A stretch of 64,000 bases of DNA from positions 102 to 64,101 of the forward strand of contig JBBQKZ010000003.1 of NCBI GenBank assembly GCA_038327405.1. Direction: 5' to 3'. A program made the translations under genes and the position numbers. The notes beneath the pieces were generated by a model. It ran no database searches. It had not been told where the DNA came from and saw nothing but the letters and a program-made list of their open reading frames with translations. Source of the stretch: Burkholderiales bacterium. Its GTDB lineage: Bacteria; Pseudomonadota; Gammaproteobacteria; Burkholderiales; Burkholderiaceae_C. Shown piece by piece: positions 50,820-60,867 of the stretch (within the stretch, counting starts at the first letter, position 1; each line of letters starts with the position of its first letter).

Positions 50820-51242
50820 ATGAAGATCCTGCTCGCCATCGATGGCAGCGCGTACACCAAGAAAATGCTGGCCTACCTCGCCACGCACGACGAGATGTTC
50901 GGCACCAAAAACACCATCACGCTCGTGACGGTTCAACTGCCCTTGCCCCCCCGCGCGCGCGCTGCTGTGGGTGCGGACATTGCCAATGGTTACTACGCCG
51001 ACGAGTCGGCCAAGATCACGGCGCCCGTGGTCAAGTTCCTCAAGCGCCACGGCATGGAGCCCACCGTCGTGTCCAAAGTGGGCATGCCGGGTGAGGTCAT
51101 CGCCAAGGTCGCCAACGACGGCAAGTACGACCTGCTGATGATGGGCTCGCACGGCCACAGCGCGCTGGGCAATCTGGTCATGGGGTCGGTGGCCACCAAG
51201 GTGCTGGCGCATTGCGGGGTGCCGGTGTTGCTGGTTCGCTGA
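50820..51242 (+). CDS. Universal stress protein (UspA family)
   Basis: KILLAIDGS, MMGSHGHS..GSVATKVLAH..PVLLVR. Confidence 0.92.
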   Translation: MKILLAIDGSAYTKKMLAYLATHDEMFGTKNTITLVTVQLPLPPRARAAVGADIANGYYADESAKITAPVVKFLKRHGMEPTVVSKVGMPGEVIAKVANDGKYDLLMMGSHGHSALGNLVMGSVATKVLAHCGVPVLLVR

Positions 51243-51260
51243 ACCCGATTGCACTCGAAA

Positions 51261-51285
51261 CAAAGGCCGCAAATGCGGCCTTTTT
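51261..51285. terminator. Bidirectional terminator
   Basis: AAAGGCCGC-AAAT-GCGGCCTTTT between convergent genes. Confidence 0.75.
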
Positions 51286-51306
51286 CAATGGGTTGGCGCG
51301 CTTCGG

Positions 51307-51951
51307 TCAGCGCGACTTCAATCCGTCGAAGCAAGTGCTCAGCACCATCTCGATGATCTCTTCATTGCTGTGCTGGCCAGAACCCTTGAGGAAGCCCAGC
51401 ACCGGGTCGCAAGCACGGGCGAACAGGGTGTAGAGCACGGCAATGGCCGGCAGCTTGCTGTTCAGGCTGCCGTCGGCCTGGGCCTCGGTGATCCACTGAC
51501 CGAGCCGCTCGCTCACATCCATCAGACCGTCCACGTACGCCTTGTTGGTGGTCAGCGAGGCCCGCAAGCTCGAGTTTTCACTCGGGAGTGAGGGCATTTC
51601 ACCGGCGAGCTGGACTTCCATCGTCCAGCGGGCCACGGCCCGCAGCTGATCGATCGGCTTCTGTTCAAGGCGCCCATCCAGGCTGTCGAGAAAAGCGCGA
51701 GCACGGTCCATGACGCGCACCATGGCCGCAGCCGCCAGGTCTTCCTTGCTGGGGAAATGTTTGTAGAGGCTGGCTTTGGCGATGCCGACTTCCGCGGCCA
51801 CCTCGTCCACCGTCATGGCGTCAAAGCCCTTCTCGGCCAGCAAACGGTTCACCGCCGAGACGATGGCGTCTTCACGCGCCAAGTGCATTTGCTGGCGGAA
51901 GCTGCGTTTCTGGGGGGTTTCGGCGGGCGATTTGAGAACGGCGCTGGTCAT
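51307..51951 (-). CDS. TetR/AcrR-family regulator
   Basis: [32 protein letters not shown]. Confidence 0.92.
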   Translation of the reverse strand: MTSAVLKSPAETPQKRSFRQQMHLAREDAIVSAVNRLLAEKGFDAMTVDEVAAEVGIAKASLYKHFPSKEDLAAAAMVRVMDRARAFLDSLDGRLEQKPIDQLRAVARWTMEVQLAGEMPSLPSENSSLRASLTTNKAYVDGLMDVSERLGQWITEAQADGSLNSKLPAIAVLYTLFARACDPVLGFLKGSGQHSNEEIIEMVLSTCFDGLKSR

Positions 51952-52147
51952 GAAAAACCTTTTGATAGGGCTCGAATTTTGCCCGATATTGACGGTTGCG
52001 TCGATATCCCTACCGAAAAGTAATGTTACATACTCATCGGTTGTTTATGAAACTTGTTGGTGCAGACCGCCGTCACACAAGGGGCACGGCGCTTCTGTGT
52101 GCATGCCTTTGCATGTTCTTCTTTCAACCACTCCCAAGGACCTCTCC

Positions 52148-52603
52148 ATGAAAAAAACCCTCATCGCTTCCCTTCTGGCCCTCGGCGCACTCGGCTCGGC
52201 CCAGGCCGCGGACATCGTGGACACGGCCGTGGCCGCCGGTTCGTTCAAGACCTTGGTGGCCGCCGTTCAGGCCGCCGGCCTGGTCGATACGTTGAAGGGC
52301 CCAGGTCCGTTCACCGTGTTCGCCCCCACCGACGAAGCGTTCGCCAAGATCCCCAAGGCCACGCTGGACGCCCTGCTGAAAGACAAGGCCGCCCTGACCA
52401 AAGTGCTGACCTACCACGTGGTGCCGGGCAAGGTCATGGCCAAGGACGTGAAAGCCGGCATGGTCAAGACCGTGCAGGGCAGCTCTATCACCGTGGCCAC
52501 CACGGGCGGGGTGAAAGTGGACGCAGCCAACGTGGTCAAGACCGACATCGCGGCCGACAACGGCGTGATCCACGTCATCGACACCGTGATCATGCCCAAG
52601 TAA
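52148..52603 (+). CDS. Exported fasciclin (FAS1) domain protein
   Basis: Signal peptide, [26 protein letters not shown]. Confidence 0.93.
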   Translation: MKKTLIASLLALGALGSAQAADIVDTAVAAGSFKTLVAAVQAAGLVDTLKGPGPFTVFAPTDEAFAKIPKATLDALLKDKAALTKVLTYHVVPGKVMAKDVKAGMVKTVQGSSITVATTGGVKVDAANVVKTDIAADNGVIHVIDTVIMPK

Positions 52604-52621
52604 GCAGGCACTCGCTTGCAG

Positions 52622-52648
52622 CAAGCCCCGCTTTGGCGGGGCTTTTCC
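52622..52648 (+). terminator. Rho-independent terminator
   Basis: AAGCCCCGC-TTTG-GCGGGGCTTTT. Confidence 0.8.
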
Positions 52649-52651
52649 GTT

Positions 52652-53569
52652 TCAGGCGGCCGGGCGCAGGTTGTCTGCGGCCGCAATGCGCAGGGCCTTG
52701 CTCAAGGCATCCAGCACGTCGGAACTCAGGTTCCAGCAGTGCCAGTACAGCGCCACACCCAGCCGATGGCGCGGTGCCAGATTGACCAGTTCGCCCGATT
52801 CGATGAGGTCTCGCACCCGCAGCTCGGGCAGCACGCTGACCCCCCAGCCGGCCTGCACGGCGCGCACCTGGCCTTCGCTGGAGGGCACGAACAACTGTTT
52901 GAGCATCACCCGCGGCAAGCCGAAGGCCTTCATCACGAAGCCGTGCTGCAGGTTGTCCTTGCGGTTGAAGGCAACAAACGGAACCTTGTGGAAGTTGTGT
53001 GCGTTCAGTCCTTTGGGCAGGTGCTGCGCGGCGTAATCGGCCCGAGCCACGGCCACGTAGTCCATGGTGCCCAACGCCTCCATCTTGCAGCCGCGCAGCG
53101 CCTGGCCCAGCGAAGTGACGCAGCCCAGAACCTGGCCCTCGCGCAGCCACTCGTGGGTGAACTCCTGGTCGTCGGTGATGATTTCGATCGGCAGGCCGTT
53201 CTGCGCCAGTGCGTCGAGCGCGGGCAACGCCCAGGTGGCGATGCTGTCGGCGTTGATGGCCACGGAAATGCGTTCCTCCTCGCGGCCGCTTCCGGTGGAA
53301 CTGGGCGCGAGCTCCTTGAGGTCCTTTTCCAGATCGGCGCGCAGCAGCCGCATCATCTTGGCGTGCTTGAGCATCAACTGGCCGGCTGGCGTGGGCTTGA
53401 GAGGCCGGCTGCGCACGATCAGCACCGTGCCCACCAGCGCCTCCAGGGCCCGCAGGCGCTGCGACACCGCCGACTGCGTGATGGACAAACGCTGTGCAGC
53501 GCGCTCGAAACCACCCTCTTCAATGATGGCGGCCAGGCACTCCAGGGCGTCGGGATCAAAGGTGCTCAT
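52652..53569 (-). CDS. argP: ArgP/LysG-type LysR regulator
   Basis: GGFERAAQRLSITQSAVSQR, INADSIATW, LYWHCWN. Confidence 0.85.
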   Translation of the reverse strand: MSTFDPDALECLAAIIEEGGFERAAQRLSITQSAVSQRLRALEALVGTVLIVRSRPLKPTPAGQLMLKHAKMMRLLRADLEKDLKELAPSSTGSGREEERISVAINADSIATWALPALDALAQNGLPIEIITDDQEFTHEWLREGQVLGCVTSLGQALRGCKMEALGTMDYVAVARADYAAQHLPKGLNAHNFHKVPFVAFNRKDNLQHGFVMKAFGLPRVMLKQLFVPSSEGQVRAVQAGWGVSVLPELRVRDLIESGELVNLAPRHRLGVALYWHCWNLSSDVLDALSKALRIAAADNLRPAA

Positions 53570-53686
53570 CGGGTCGGTTGCTCATATAAGCTGATCTGAT
53601 GCCCAAAATTTTAGGTTAATTCCGCTTCACTTAGAAGCGCCTTCTTTCGATACTGCAGAGCAGTTTCATCCTTCAAGGAGTGAGTC

Positions 53687-55042
53687 ATGCAAGTCACCGT
53701 TTTGGGCGCGGGCATCATCGGCGTGAGCACGGCATGGCACCTGCTCCAGCGCGGGCACGAGGTTACGTTGGTCGACCGCCAGGCCGAGGCCGCGCTGGAA
53801 ACCAGCTTCGCCAACGCGGCACAGATTTCGGTGAGCTACTGCGAGCCCTGGGCCAACAAGGACGCACCGCTCAAAACCTTGAAGTGGATGTTCTCAGACG
53901 AATCACCGCTGCTCTTCCGCCCGCAACTCGACTGGGCGCAGTGGCGCTGGGGACTGCAGTTTCTGGCGCAGTGCAACGACGCGGCATTCGAGCGCAACGT
54001 GGCGCAACTCGTGGCGCTGGGCTCCTACAGCCACGCCGCGCTCAAGGCCGTGGTGGCCGACACCGGCATCGAATACAACCGGCTTGAGCGCGGCATTGCG
54101 CACTACTACACCGACCATAAGTCCTTCGACGGCGCGGCAGAAGCGGCCGCCGTCATGCAGCGCTTCGGCGTCAAGCGCCGGGTGGTGTCGCGCAACGAAT
54201 TGCTCACCATCGAACCCGCTCTCAACGCCTTCGCCGATCGCATTGTGGGCGGCACCTACACCCAGAGCGACGAGTCGGGCGACGCGCGCGCCTTCACCCA
54301 GCAGCTGGCGGCGCTGTGCGGCCAGCGCGGCGCGCAGCTCATGTTCGGACACGACATCGAACGACTGGACAGCGACGGACGCGAGATCCGCGAGGTGCGT
54401 GTGCGAGACCGACAGAGTGGCGCCGTGCGCACCCTCAAGTCCGACGCATTCGTCGTCGCCTGCGGCTCGTACACGACGCCGCTGCTCAAGTCGATTGGCG
54501 TGAACGTGCCGATCTACCCGGGCAAAGGCTACAGCGCCACACTGCCGCTGCTCAAGCCCGACCGGGCGCCCAGCGTGAGCATGATCGACGACCAGCTCAA
54601 GATCGCCGTCTCGCGCCTGGGCAACCATCTGCGTGTGGCCGGCACCATCGAACTCGGCGGTTTCGACCTGTCGCTGGACACACCGTTGGCAAAGAAGCGC
54701 TGCGAGATGCTGGTGCGCCGCATCGAGCAGGTGTTTCCCGGCGTGGCCGACACCCGCACGCCCGAGCAGGGGGGCGACCCGCAGTTCTGGTGCGGCCTGC
54801 GCCCTGCCACACCCACCAACATCCCGCTGATCGGCCGCCTCCCACTGAGGAACCTCTGGATCAACGCCGGTCACGGCACGCTGGGCTGGACCCATGGTGC
54901 GGGCTCCGGCAAGGCCCTGGCCGAACTCATCCACGGCGAGCAACCGGCCATGAACTTCGGCTTTCATGGCATGGACACGGTGGCGCATGGCGCCGAGGCA
55001 CCGGCTCAGTTTCACATCGCCCAGCCACACAGCCGGGCCTGA
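53687..55042 (+). CDS. dadA: D-amino acid dehydrogenase (DadA family)
   Basis: VLGAGIIG, ETSFANA, YPGKGYS, WCGLRP, NAGHGTLGWT. Confidence 0.85.
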   Translation: MQVTVLGAGIIGVSTAWHLLQRGHEVTLVDRQAEAALETSFANAAQISVSYCEPWANKDAPLKTLKWMFSDESPLLFRPQLDWAQWRWGLQFLAQCNDAAFERNVAQLVALGSYSHAALKAVVADTGIEYNRLERGIAHYYTDHKSFDGAAEAAAVMQRFGVKRRVVSRNELLTIEPALNAFADRIVGGTYTQSDESGDARAFTQQLAALCGQRGAQLMFGHDIERLDSDGREIREVRVRDRQSGAVRTLKSDAFVVACGSYTTPLLKSIGVNVPIYPGKGYSATLPLLKPDRAPSVSMIDDQLKIAVSRLGNHLRVAGTIELGGFDLSLDTPLAKKRCEMLVRRIEQVFPGVADTRTPEQGGDPQFWCGLRPATPTNIPLIGRLPLRNLWINAGHGTLGWTHGAGSGKALAELIHGEQPAMNFGFHGMDTVAHGAEAPAQFHIAQPHSRA

Positions 55043-55048
55043 GCGCGA

Positions 55049-55942
55049 CTAGGGCCGCAAGCGCTCGGCCATCCAGCCCTGCAGGTCCGTCCACATCTGG
55101 CGCATCTCGCTGTCCAGCGGCGCGCGAAAGGCGTTGGGCAGCTCGATGGTGACCACCGGCATGCCGCGGTGCACGCCACCATAGTTGCCCAGGCTGCCGG
55201 GAAAGATGCCCACCTGGTCCAGGTAGAGCCGCCCGAGCTTGGGTGGGGGAGCACCCGGGCCATCGAAGTCGAGCACGCCATAGGGGGCGTGGATGCTCAC
55301 GATCAAGTGGGGCTGGAAGCGCGCCATTTCCTCATGCAGAAACCGCGACTCGGGCTCCGACAGCGGGCTGGGACCCGGCCAGCGGCGCGGGTCCTTGCGC
55401 GTGCGTTGCTCCCAGTACACCTTGGCGTCGCTGGCCCAGTTGGGCGTGGGGAAGTTGCGGTTGAGGTCCACACCGCGCGCGTTCACGCGTTTGGCGGGCC
55501 GCGCCAGCAAGCCATCGGGGTTGAGCACGGGAATGAAGCGCCAGTGCGCGTCGGCCGGCTCCTTGAGCGCGTGCTGAATCCAGTGCAGCGCCACCGAGGC
55601 AGAAGACATCTCGTCGCCGTGCATCGCACCCACCACCAGCACACGCAGGCGCGCCTGAGGCGCCACGATGTCGCGCGCATACAGGGTGCGGCCCTGCGAA
55701 GATCGGCCGGAAGTGGCCGCCAGTTCGGCGGCGTCGCACAAGGCCCGGCCCATGTGGGGCAAGCGGGCCGAGAACTGCACGCAAGGCGACGCGGTGGCAG
55801 GGACGGTGGTCCGGTGGTGCGGCGGTCCCCGCAGGGGCTCGGCGGCCTGTGCGCTCGAGGCCAGCACCAGCCCGCCAACCATCGCCAGTGCCCTCACCCA
55901 ACACGACGGGTGTTTTTCTCGGTGCAATGGACTGCGTGACAT
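55049..55942 (-). CDS. M14-family murein peptide amidase (MpaA-like), exported
   Basis: MHGDE Zn motif, NPDG, RVNARGVDLNRNFP, SEPE, SIH, TIELP; start uncertain. Confidence 0.8.
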   Translation of the reverse strand: MSRSPLHREKHPSCWVRALAMVGGLVLASSAQAAEPLRGPPHHRTTVPATASPCVQFSARLPHMGRALCDAAELAATSGRSSQGRTLYARDIVAPQARLRVLVVGAMHGDEMSSASVALHWIQHALKEPADAHWRFIPVLNPDGLLARPAKRVNARGVDLNRNFPTPNWASDAKVYWEQRTRKDPRRWPGPSPLSEPESRFLHEEMARFQPHLIVSIHAPYGVLDFDGPGAPPPKLGRLYLDQVGIFPGSLGNYGGVHRGMPVVTIELPNAFRAPLDSEMRQMWTDLQGWMAERLRP

Positions 55943-56022
55943 CAAGGCATTCTAGGGACGCTACCGTACAAAGACACCGATCACCGAGAATCGACACTCC
56001 ACAGCCCACGCACTTGCCCCAG

Positions 56023-56544
56023 ATGCCTTCTGACCGTCCGACTGCCCTCCAGGCCCGCGCCCCCGATTTCTCGGCGCGCGAATTCCGCGCCTCGCTGGGC
56101 ATGTTCGCCACTGGCGTGACCATCGTCACCGCGCGCACCGACAGCGGCGAGCTGGTCGGGCTCACCGCCAACTCCTTCAACTCGGTCTCGCTGAGCCCGC
56201 CCCTGGTGCTGTGGAGCCTGGGCCAGTCGGCAGGCTCGATGGCCGCGTTCTCCAACGGGCGCCACTACGCCATCAACGTGCTCGCGGCCGACCAGCAGGC
56301 GCTGGCCGAACAGTTCGCCGCCAAGGACACCGACCGATGGGCCGGCGTGGCGTTTCGCGAGGGCGGCAACGGGGCGCCCTTGCTCGAAGGTGCGGCGGCC
56401 TCGTTCGAATGCTTCAACCGCAGCCAGTACGCCGAGGGCGACCATGTGATCTTTGTCGGCGAGGTGGAACGCTGCAGCCACCGCGCCGAAGCCTCGCCGC
56501 TGCTGTTCCACGGCGGGCGCTTCTACACCGAACACCCGCTCTGA
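56023..56544 (+). CDS. Flavin reductase family protein
   Basis: FATGVTIVT, GLTANSFNSVSLSPPLVLW, GDHVIFVGEV. Confidence 0.92.
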   Translation: MPSDRPTALQARAPDFSAREFRASLGMFATGVTIVTARTDSGELVGLTANSFNSVSLSPPLVLWSLGQSAGSMAAFSNGRHYAINVLAADQQALAEQFAAKDTDRWAGVAFREGGNGAPLLEGAAASFECFNRSQYAEGDHVIFVGEVERCSHRAEASPLLFHGGRFYTEHPL

Positions 56545-56599
56545 ACGCACCGCGCCCGAGCGACAGCCCGCCGCGTCCCACCTCGCGACAATCGGCGGC

Positions 56600-57502
56600 A
56601 TGAGCCCCACCACCGCCCGCAAAACCCACCTGGACGCCCTCGCCATCACCCTGCTCGTGGTGTGCTGTGCCTTCTGGGGTTTCCAGCAGATCCTGATCAA
56701 GGCCACGGTCGCTGAAGTGCCGCCGCTGTGGCAGGCCTCGCTGCGTTTCTGGGGCGCGGCCGTGTTGATCGGGCTGTGGTGCGCGGTTCGCGGTGTGCCG
56801 CTCTTTGAACGGGATGGCACGCTCAAGGCGGGCCTGCTCGCGGGCTCGCTGTTCGCCGGCGAGTTCGCCTTCATCTACCTCGGGCTGATACACACCACCG
56901 CCTCGCGCCTCACGGTGTTCCTCTACACCAGCCCCTTTGTGGTGGCGCTGCTGCTGCCGCGCGTGGTGCCCGGCGAGAAGCTGCGGCGTATCCAGTGGGT
57001 GGGTCTGGTGATCGCGTTCGCGGCGGTGGCCATCGCCTTCGGCGAAGGCTTCATGCACGGCTCGCCGGTGGCCGGCGCCTGGCTGGGTGATGCCATGGCG
57101 CTGGCGGCGGGTGTGCTCTGGGGCCTGACCACGCTGACCATCCGCACCAGCAAACTATCCACCGCCAGCCCGGAGAAAACGCTGTTCTACCAGGTGGCGG
57201 TGACTGCAGCGGTAGCGCCTTTCATCTCGCTGGCATTGGGCGAGGTGTGGTCGCTCGACTACTCGGCGCAGGCCTGGGGGTCACTCGCCATTCAGACCGT
57301 GGTGGGTGCGTTCGCGAGTTACCTCACCTGGATGTGGATGTTGCGGCACTACCCGGCCACGCAGATGTCGACCTTCACCTTCCTCACACCGGTGTTCGCG
57401 CTGGTGTTCGGTGTGGTGCTGCTGAGCGAGCCGCTCACGCTGCAGCTGGTGCTGGCGTTGGTGGGTGTGGCAGTGGGGATCGTTTTGGTGAGCAAACGCT
57501 AG
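56600..57502 (+). CDS. DMT/EamA-family transporter
   Basis: About 10 TM segments in two repeats; FWGFQQILIK, FTFLTPVFA. Confidence 0.9.
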   Translation: MSPTTARKTHLDALAITLLVVCCAFWGFQQILIKATVAEVPPLWQASLRFWGAAVLIGLWCAVRGVPLFERDGTLKAGLLAGSLFAGEFAFIYLGLIHTTASRLTVFLYTSPFVVALLLPRVVPGEKLRRIQWVGLVIAFAAVAIAFGEGFMHGSPVAGAWLGDAMALAAGVLWGLTTLTIRTSKLSTASPEKTLFYQVAVTAAVAPFISLALGEVWSLDYSAQAWGSLAIQTVVGAFASYLTWMWMLRHYPATQMSTFTFLTPVFALVFGVVLLSEPLTLQLVLALVGVAVGIVLVSKR

Positions 57503-57514
57503 GGTCACCCGCAA

Positions 57515-57588
57515 GCCCTTCGACAGGCTCAGGGCGAACGGAGGGCAGGCACCCCACCCATCCGTTCGGGCTGAGCTTGTCGAAGCCC
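57515..57588. repeat. REP-like family A inverted pair
   Basis: GCCCTTCGACAGGCTCAGGGCGAACGG...CCGTTCGGGCTGAGCTTGTCGAAGCCC between convergent genes. Confidence 0.85.
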
Positions 57589-57596
57589 TCAGCGTT

Positions 57597-58496
57597 TCAG
57601 TTTTTCTTGCTCAAGCCCAGCCGCTCGATCGTTTTCTTCTCCGCCTCAAACGTGCGCGCCGCATACGCCGTGTAGTCCGCGGTGTTCATGTAGATCTTGG
57701 GCTGGTAAAACTTGTCGAAGGTGGCCTTGACCTCGGGGTCGTCCAGCGTGCTCTTGAACGCGTCGTGCAGCACTTTCACCACGGCAGGGTCCATGCCCTT
57801 GGGGCCGCCGATGCCGAATGGCGATTCGGTGATGGTGTCCCATCCGCTTTCCTTCACGGTGGGCACATCGGCAAAGGCCTTGTTGCGCTCGCGGCCGAGC
57901 GTGGCCAGCAAGCGCAGCTTGCCGCTCTGCACGTGGGGCGCGAACTCGGTGGTCCCGCTCATCATGCGGATGTGTCCCCCAAGGATGGAGCTCATGATTT
58001 CGGCTGAGCCCTTGAACGGGATCGGGTTGAGCTGGATGCCGGCCTTCTCGCTGAACTCCTTGATCGCCAGGTGCGGCGTCGTGCCGGTGCCGGTGTGGCC
58101 GTATTCGAGCTTGCCCGGGTTGGCCTTGGCGTAGGCCACCATCTCCTTGAGCGTCTTGAACGGTGCATCGGCCGTGCAGTCCAGACCAAAGGTGTAGCCG
58201 GTGAGGCAGACGATGTGGGTGATGTCGGTCACCGGGTTGAGGGCATGGTCTGCATGTGCGGCAGGCGGTAGATGCCCAGTGGCAGCTGCGTGAGGATGTA
58301 GCCGTCGGGTTTGGCCTGCATCATGACGCTGGCGCCCAGCGGGCCAGGGTGCGATGAGTGTGATGGGGCGCTAGGGAAACTTGTCTTGCGCCCTCGCAGT
58401 GCTGCTGAACAAACCCGGCGCGGCCACCGCGGCGGCGCCGCTGTCGGCCAGGGTGAGCGCGTGGCGGCGGTTGACAGAACGGTCGGTGGGCTGCAT
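57597..58496 (-). pseudogene. Disrupted tripartite tricarboxylate transporter substrate-binding protein (Bug/TctC)
   Basis: Reconstructed MQPTDRSVNRRHAL...AQDKFP*RPITLIAPWPAG / LGASVMMQAKPDGY...PHMQTMP / NPVTDITH: in-frame TAG at 58371-58373, internal deletion near 58340, 1-nt frameshift near 58241. Confidence 0.85.
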
Positions 58497-58582
58497 TGCG
58501 CGTCTCCGGTTCTTCGTTAGGCCTTCAAGTCAGCCCAAGGCCGGCCCAGCCAACAGCGGGTTGGCCCTCAAGACTTTGGTAC

Positions 58583-60757
58583 TCAGAACGCCGCGCTGCG
58601 CTGCGCCGCAAAGCTCACGTACCAGTCCAGGCAACCCGGATTGGCCATCGCCTCCCTGTTGATCACCTTCTCCAGTGGCTGGCCGAGCAGCAGCTTCTTG
58701 ATCGGCAGTTCCTGCTTTTTGCCCGAGAGCGTGCGCGGGATCTCGACCACCTGGAACACGTCGTCGGGAACGAAGCGCGGTGACAGTGCGGTGCGGATGC
58801 TGTCGGTGATGCGCGCTCGCACCGCGTCGTCAAGCGCCACGCCCTCACGCAGCACAACGAACAACGGCATGTAGCTCTCGCGCCCGAGGAACTCAAGGTC
58901 GACCACCATCGAGTCCATCACCTCGGGCAAGGCTTCGACCGCGCTGTAGAGCTCGCTGGTGCCCATGCGCAGACCGTGGCGGTTGATGGTGGCGTCCGAG
59001 CGGCCGTAGATCACGCACGAGCCGTCGGGGTGGATGCGCAGCCAGTCGCCGTGGCGCCAGACGGCGCCGGCCTGTGCGTCGAGGTCACCGCCACCGGGTT
59101 GGCGGCCCTGTCCGGCGGGGTACATGTCGAAGTAGCTGCCCAGCAAGCGCTTGTGGTCCACATCGCCCACGAAATACAGCGGCATCGATGGAATGGGCTG
59201 CGTGCACACCAACTCGCCCACCTCATCATTCACCGGCAGGCCCTGCTCGTTCCAGGCTTCCACCGCGCAGCCCATGAGTCGGCACTGCATGCGTCCGGGC
59301 GTCTGAGGCAAGTCGCGGTGGCCGCCGATGAAGGCGCCGGCGAAGTCGGTGCCTCCACTGATGTTGCACCACCAGATGTCGCCCCCACGCTCCCCCGCTG
59401 CGCGAGGTCCGCTGCCCCCCGAGGGGGCTGATCCACCTTGGGGCGGCCCGGCGGTGGATCGGTCGTCTGCAGCGCGCACTCGGCGGAACTGCTCGGTGCC
59501 CCATTTCTGCGCGTCTTCCGACAAGGGTGAGCCCGTGGTGCCCAAGGCGCGCACCGCCGACAGATCTCCGCACATTGAGAGGTCCACACCGGCCTTGAGA
59601 CAGTTCGCAAAAAACGCCGCGCCCGCGCCGAAGAAGGTCACACCCTGCTCGGCCGCGAAGCGCCAAAGCGTGGTCCAGTCGGGCGACTCTTTGGAGCCGC
59701 CGGGGTTGCCGTCATAGATCACGCAGGTGGTGCCACCCAGCAGGCCGCCGGTCTGTGCGTTCCACATCACCCAGCCGGTGGAGCTGTACCAGTGGTAGCG
59801 CTCGCCCCAGCTGTTGGGCTCGTAGCTGCAGCCGATGTCGTTGTGCAGGATCTTGAGCGCCAGCGCCACGAGGGTGGTGCCGCCGTGGCCGTGCACGATG
59901 GGCTTGGGCAGACCGGTGGTGCCGCTCGAATACACGATCCACAGCGGGTGGTCGAACGGCAGCCAGAGCGGCTCGAACTGCGCCACGGCCGCGTCCATGC
60001 GGGCGGTGGCCTCGACAAAGGCGGTGCACGGTGCGGCGGCCTGCAACGCGCGGTCGGCGGCTTCCTCATCTTCGGCCAGGTTGGTGTGCAGCACCACGTG
60101 GCGCACGGTGGGCAGGGCCGCGCGCAGCTCGGCCACCACGGCCAGGCGCTCGAAATCGCGCGCACCGTAAGTCACCCCGTCACAGGCGATCAGCACCACA
60201 GGCTCGATCTGGCGGAAACGGTCGAGCACGGCGTTGGTGCCCATGTCGGGCGCGCAGATGCTCCACACACCACCGATGCTCACGGTGGCCAGAAACGCCA
60301 CCATGGCTTCAGGAATGTTGGGCAAATAGGCGGCCACGCGGTCGCCGGGCTGCACGCCCTGGGCCTGCAGATGCAGCGCGAGCGAGGCGACCTGGCGGCG
60401 CAACTCGGGCCAGCTCATTTCCACGTGGCGGCCTTTTTCATTGCGACTCACGATCGCCATGAAGCCGGCCTCGTGCGCGGGATCCACATGGCGAAACACC
60501 TGCTGCGCGTAGTTCACCTGTGCGCCGGGAAACCAGCGTGCGCCGGGCATCACGTTGCGCTCCAGCACGGCGGTGTGCGGCGTGGGCGAGCGCATGTCGA
60601 AGTAGTCCCAGATGCTTTGCCAGAAAGCATTGAGGTCGGTGGTGGACCAGCGCCAGAGCGCGTCGTAGTCCTCGAAGTGCAGGCCGCGCTGGTCGGCCAG
60701 CCACTGCTGGTACAGGCGGATCTGTGGGGTGTAGGGTGGTGCTGTTGTCTCGCTCAT
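58583..60757 (-). CDS. Acetoacetate-CoA ligase (AACS family)
   Basis: FWQSIWDYF, YSSGTTGLPKPIVHGHGG, NISGGTD, HGDW, GRSDATINRHGLRMGTSE, TLSGKKQE. Confidence 0.93.
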   Translation of the reverse strand: MSETTAPPYTPQIRLYQQWLADQRGLHFEDYDALWRWSTTDLNAFWQSIWDYFDMRSPTPHTAVLERNVMPGARWFPGAQVNYAQQVFRHVDPAHEAGFMAIVSRNEKGRHVEMSWPELRRQVASLALHLQAQGVQPGDRVAAYLPNIPEAMVAFLATVSIGGVWSICAPDMGTNAVLDRFRQIEPVVLIACDGVTYGARDFERLAVVAELRAALPTVRHVVLHTNLAEDEEAADRALQAAAPCTAFVEATARMDAAVAQFEPLWLPFDHPLWIVYSSGTTGLPKPIVHGHGGTTLVALALKILHNDIGCSYEPNSWGERYHWYSSTGWVMWNAQTGGLLGGTTCVIYDGNPGGSKESPDWTTLWRFAAEQGVTFFGAGAAFFANCLKAGVDLSMCGDLSAVRALGTTGSPLSEDAQKWGTEQFRRVRAADDRSTAGPPQGGSAPSGGSGPRAAGERGGDIWWCNISGGTDFAGAFIGGHRDLPQTPGRMQCRLMGCAVEAWNEQGLPVNDEVGELVCTQPIPSMPLYFVGDVDHKRLLGSYFDMYPAGQGRQPGGGDLDAQAGAVWRHGDWLRIHPDGSCVIYGRSDATINRHGLRMGTSELYSAVEALPEVMDSMVVDLEFLGRESYMPLFVVLREGVALDDAVRARITDSIRTALSPRFVPDDVFQVVEIPRTLSGKKQELPIKKLLLGQPLEKVINREAMANPGCLDWYVSFAAQRSAAF
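59381..59460. repeat. REP-like family C element inserted in frame in the acetoacetate-CoA ligase gene
   Basis: GCCCCCCGAGGGGGC hairpin and GATCCACC...GGTGGATC inverted repeat encoding a low-complexity DRSTAGPPQGGSAPSGGSGPRAAGERG segment. Confidence 0.7.
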
Positions 60758-60867
60758 GCCGTTATCCTTTTTGCCATCAGGTTAACAGCGCAGTTCAATT
60801 CCGTGGGTCGCACCCGCGTCGGGTTTGTACGGATGTTCAACTTTTTTGCACAACTGTTCAATACGCC

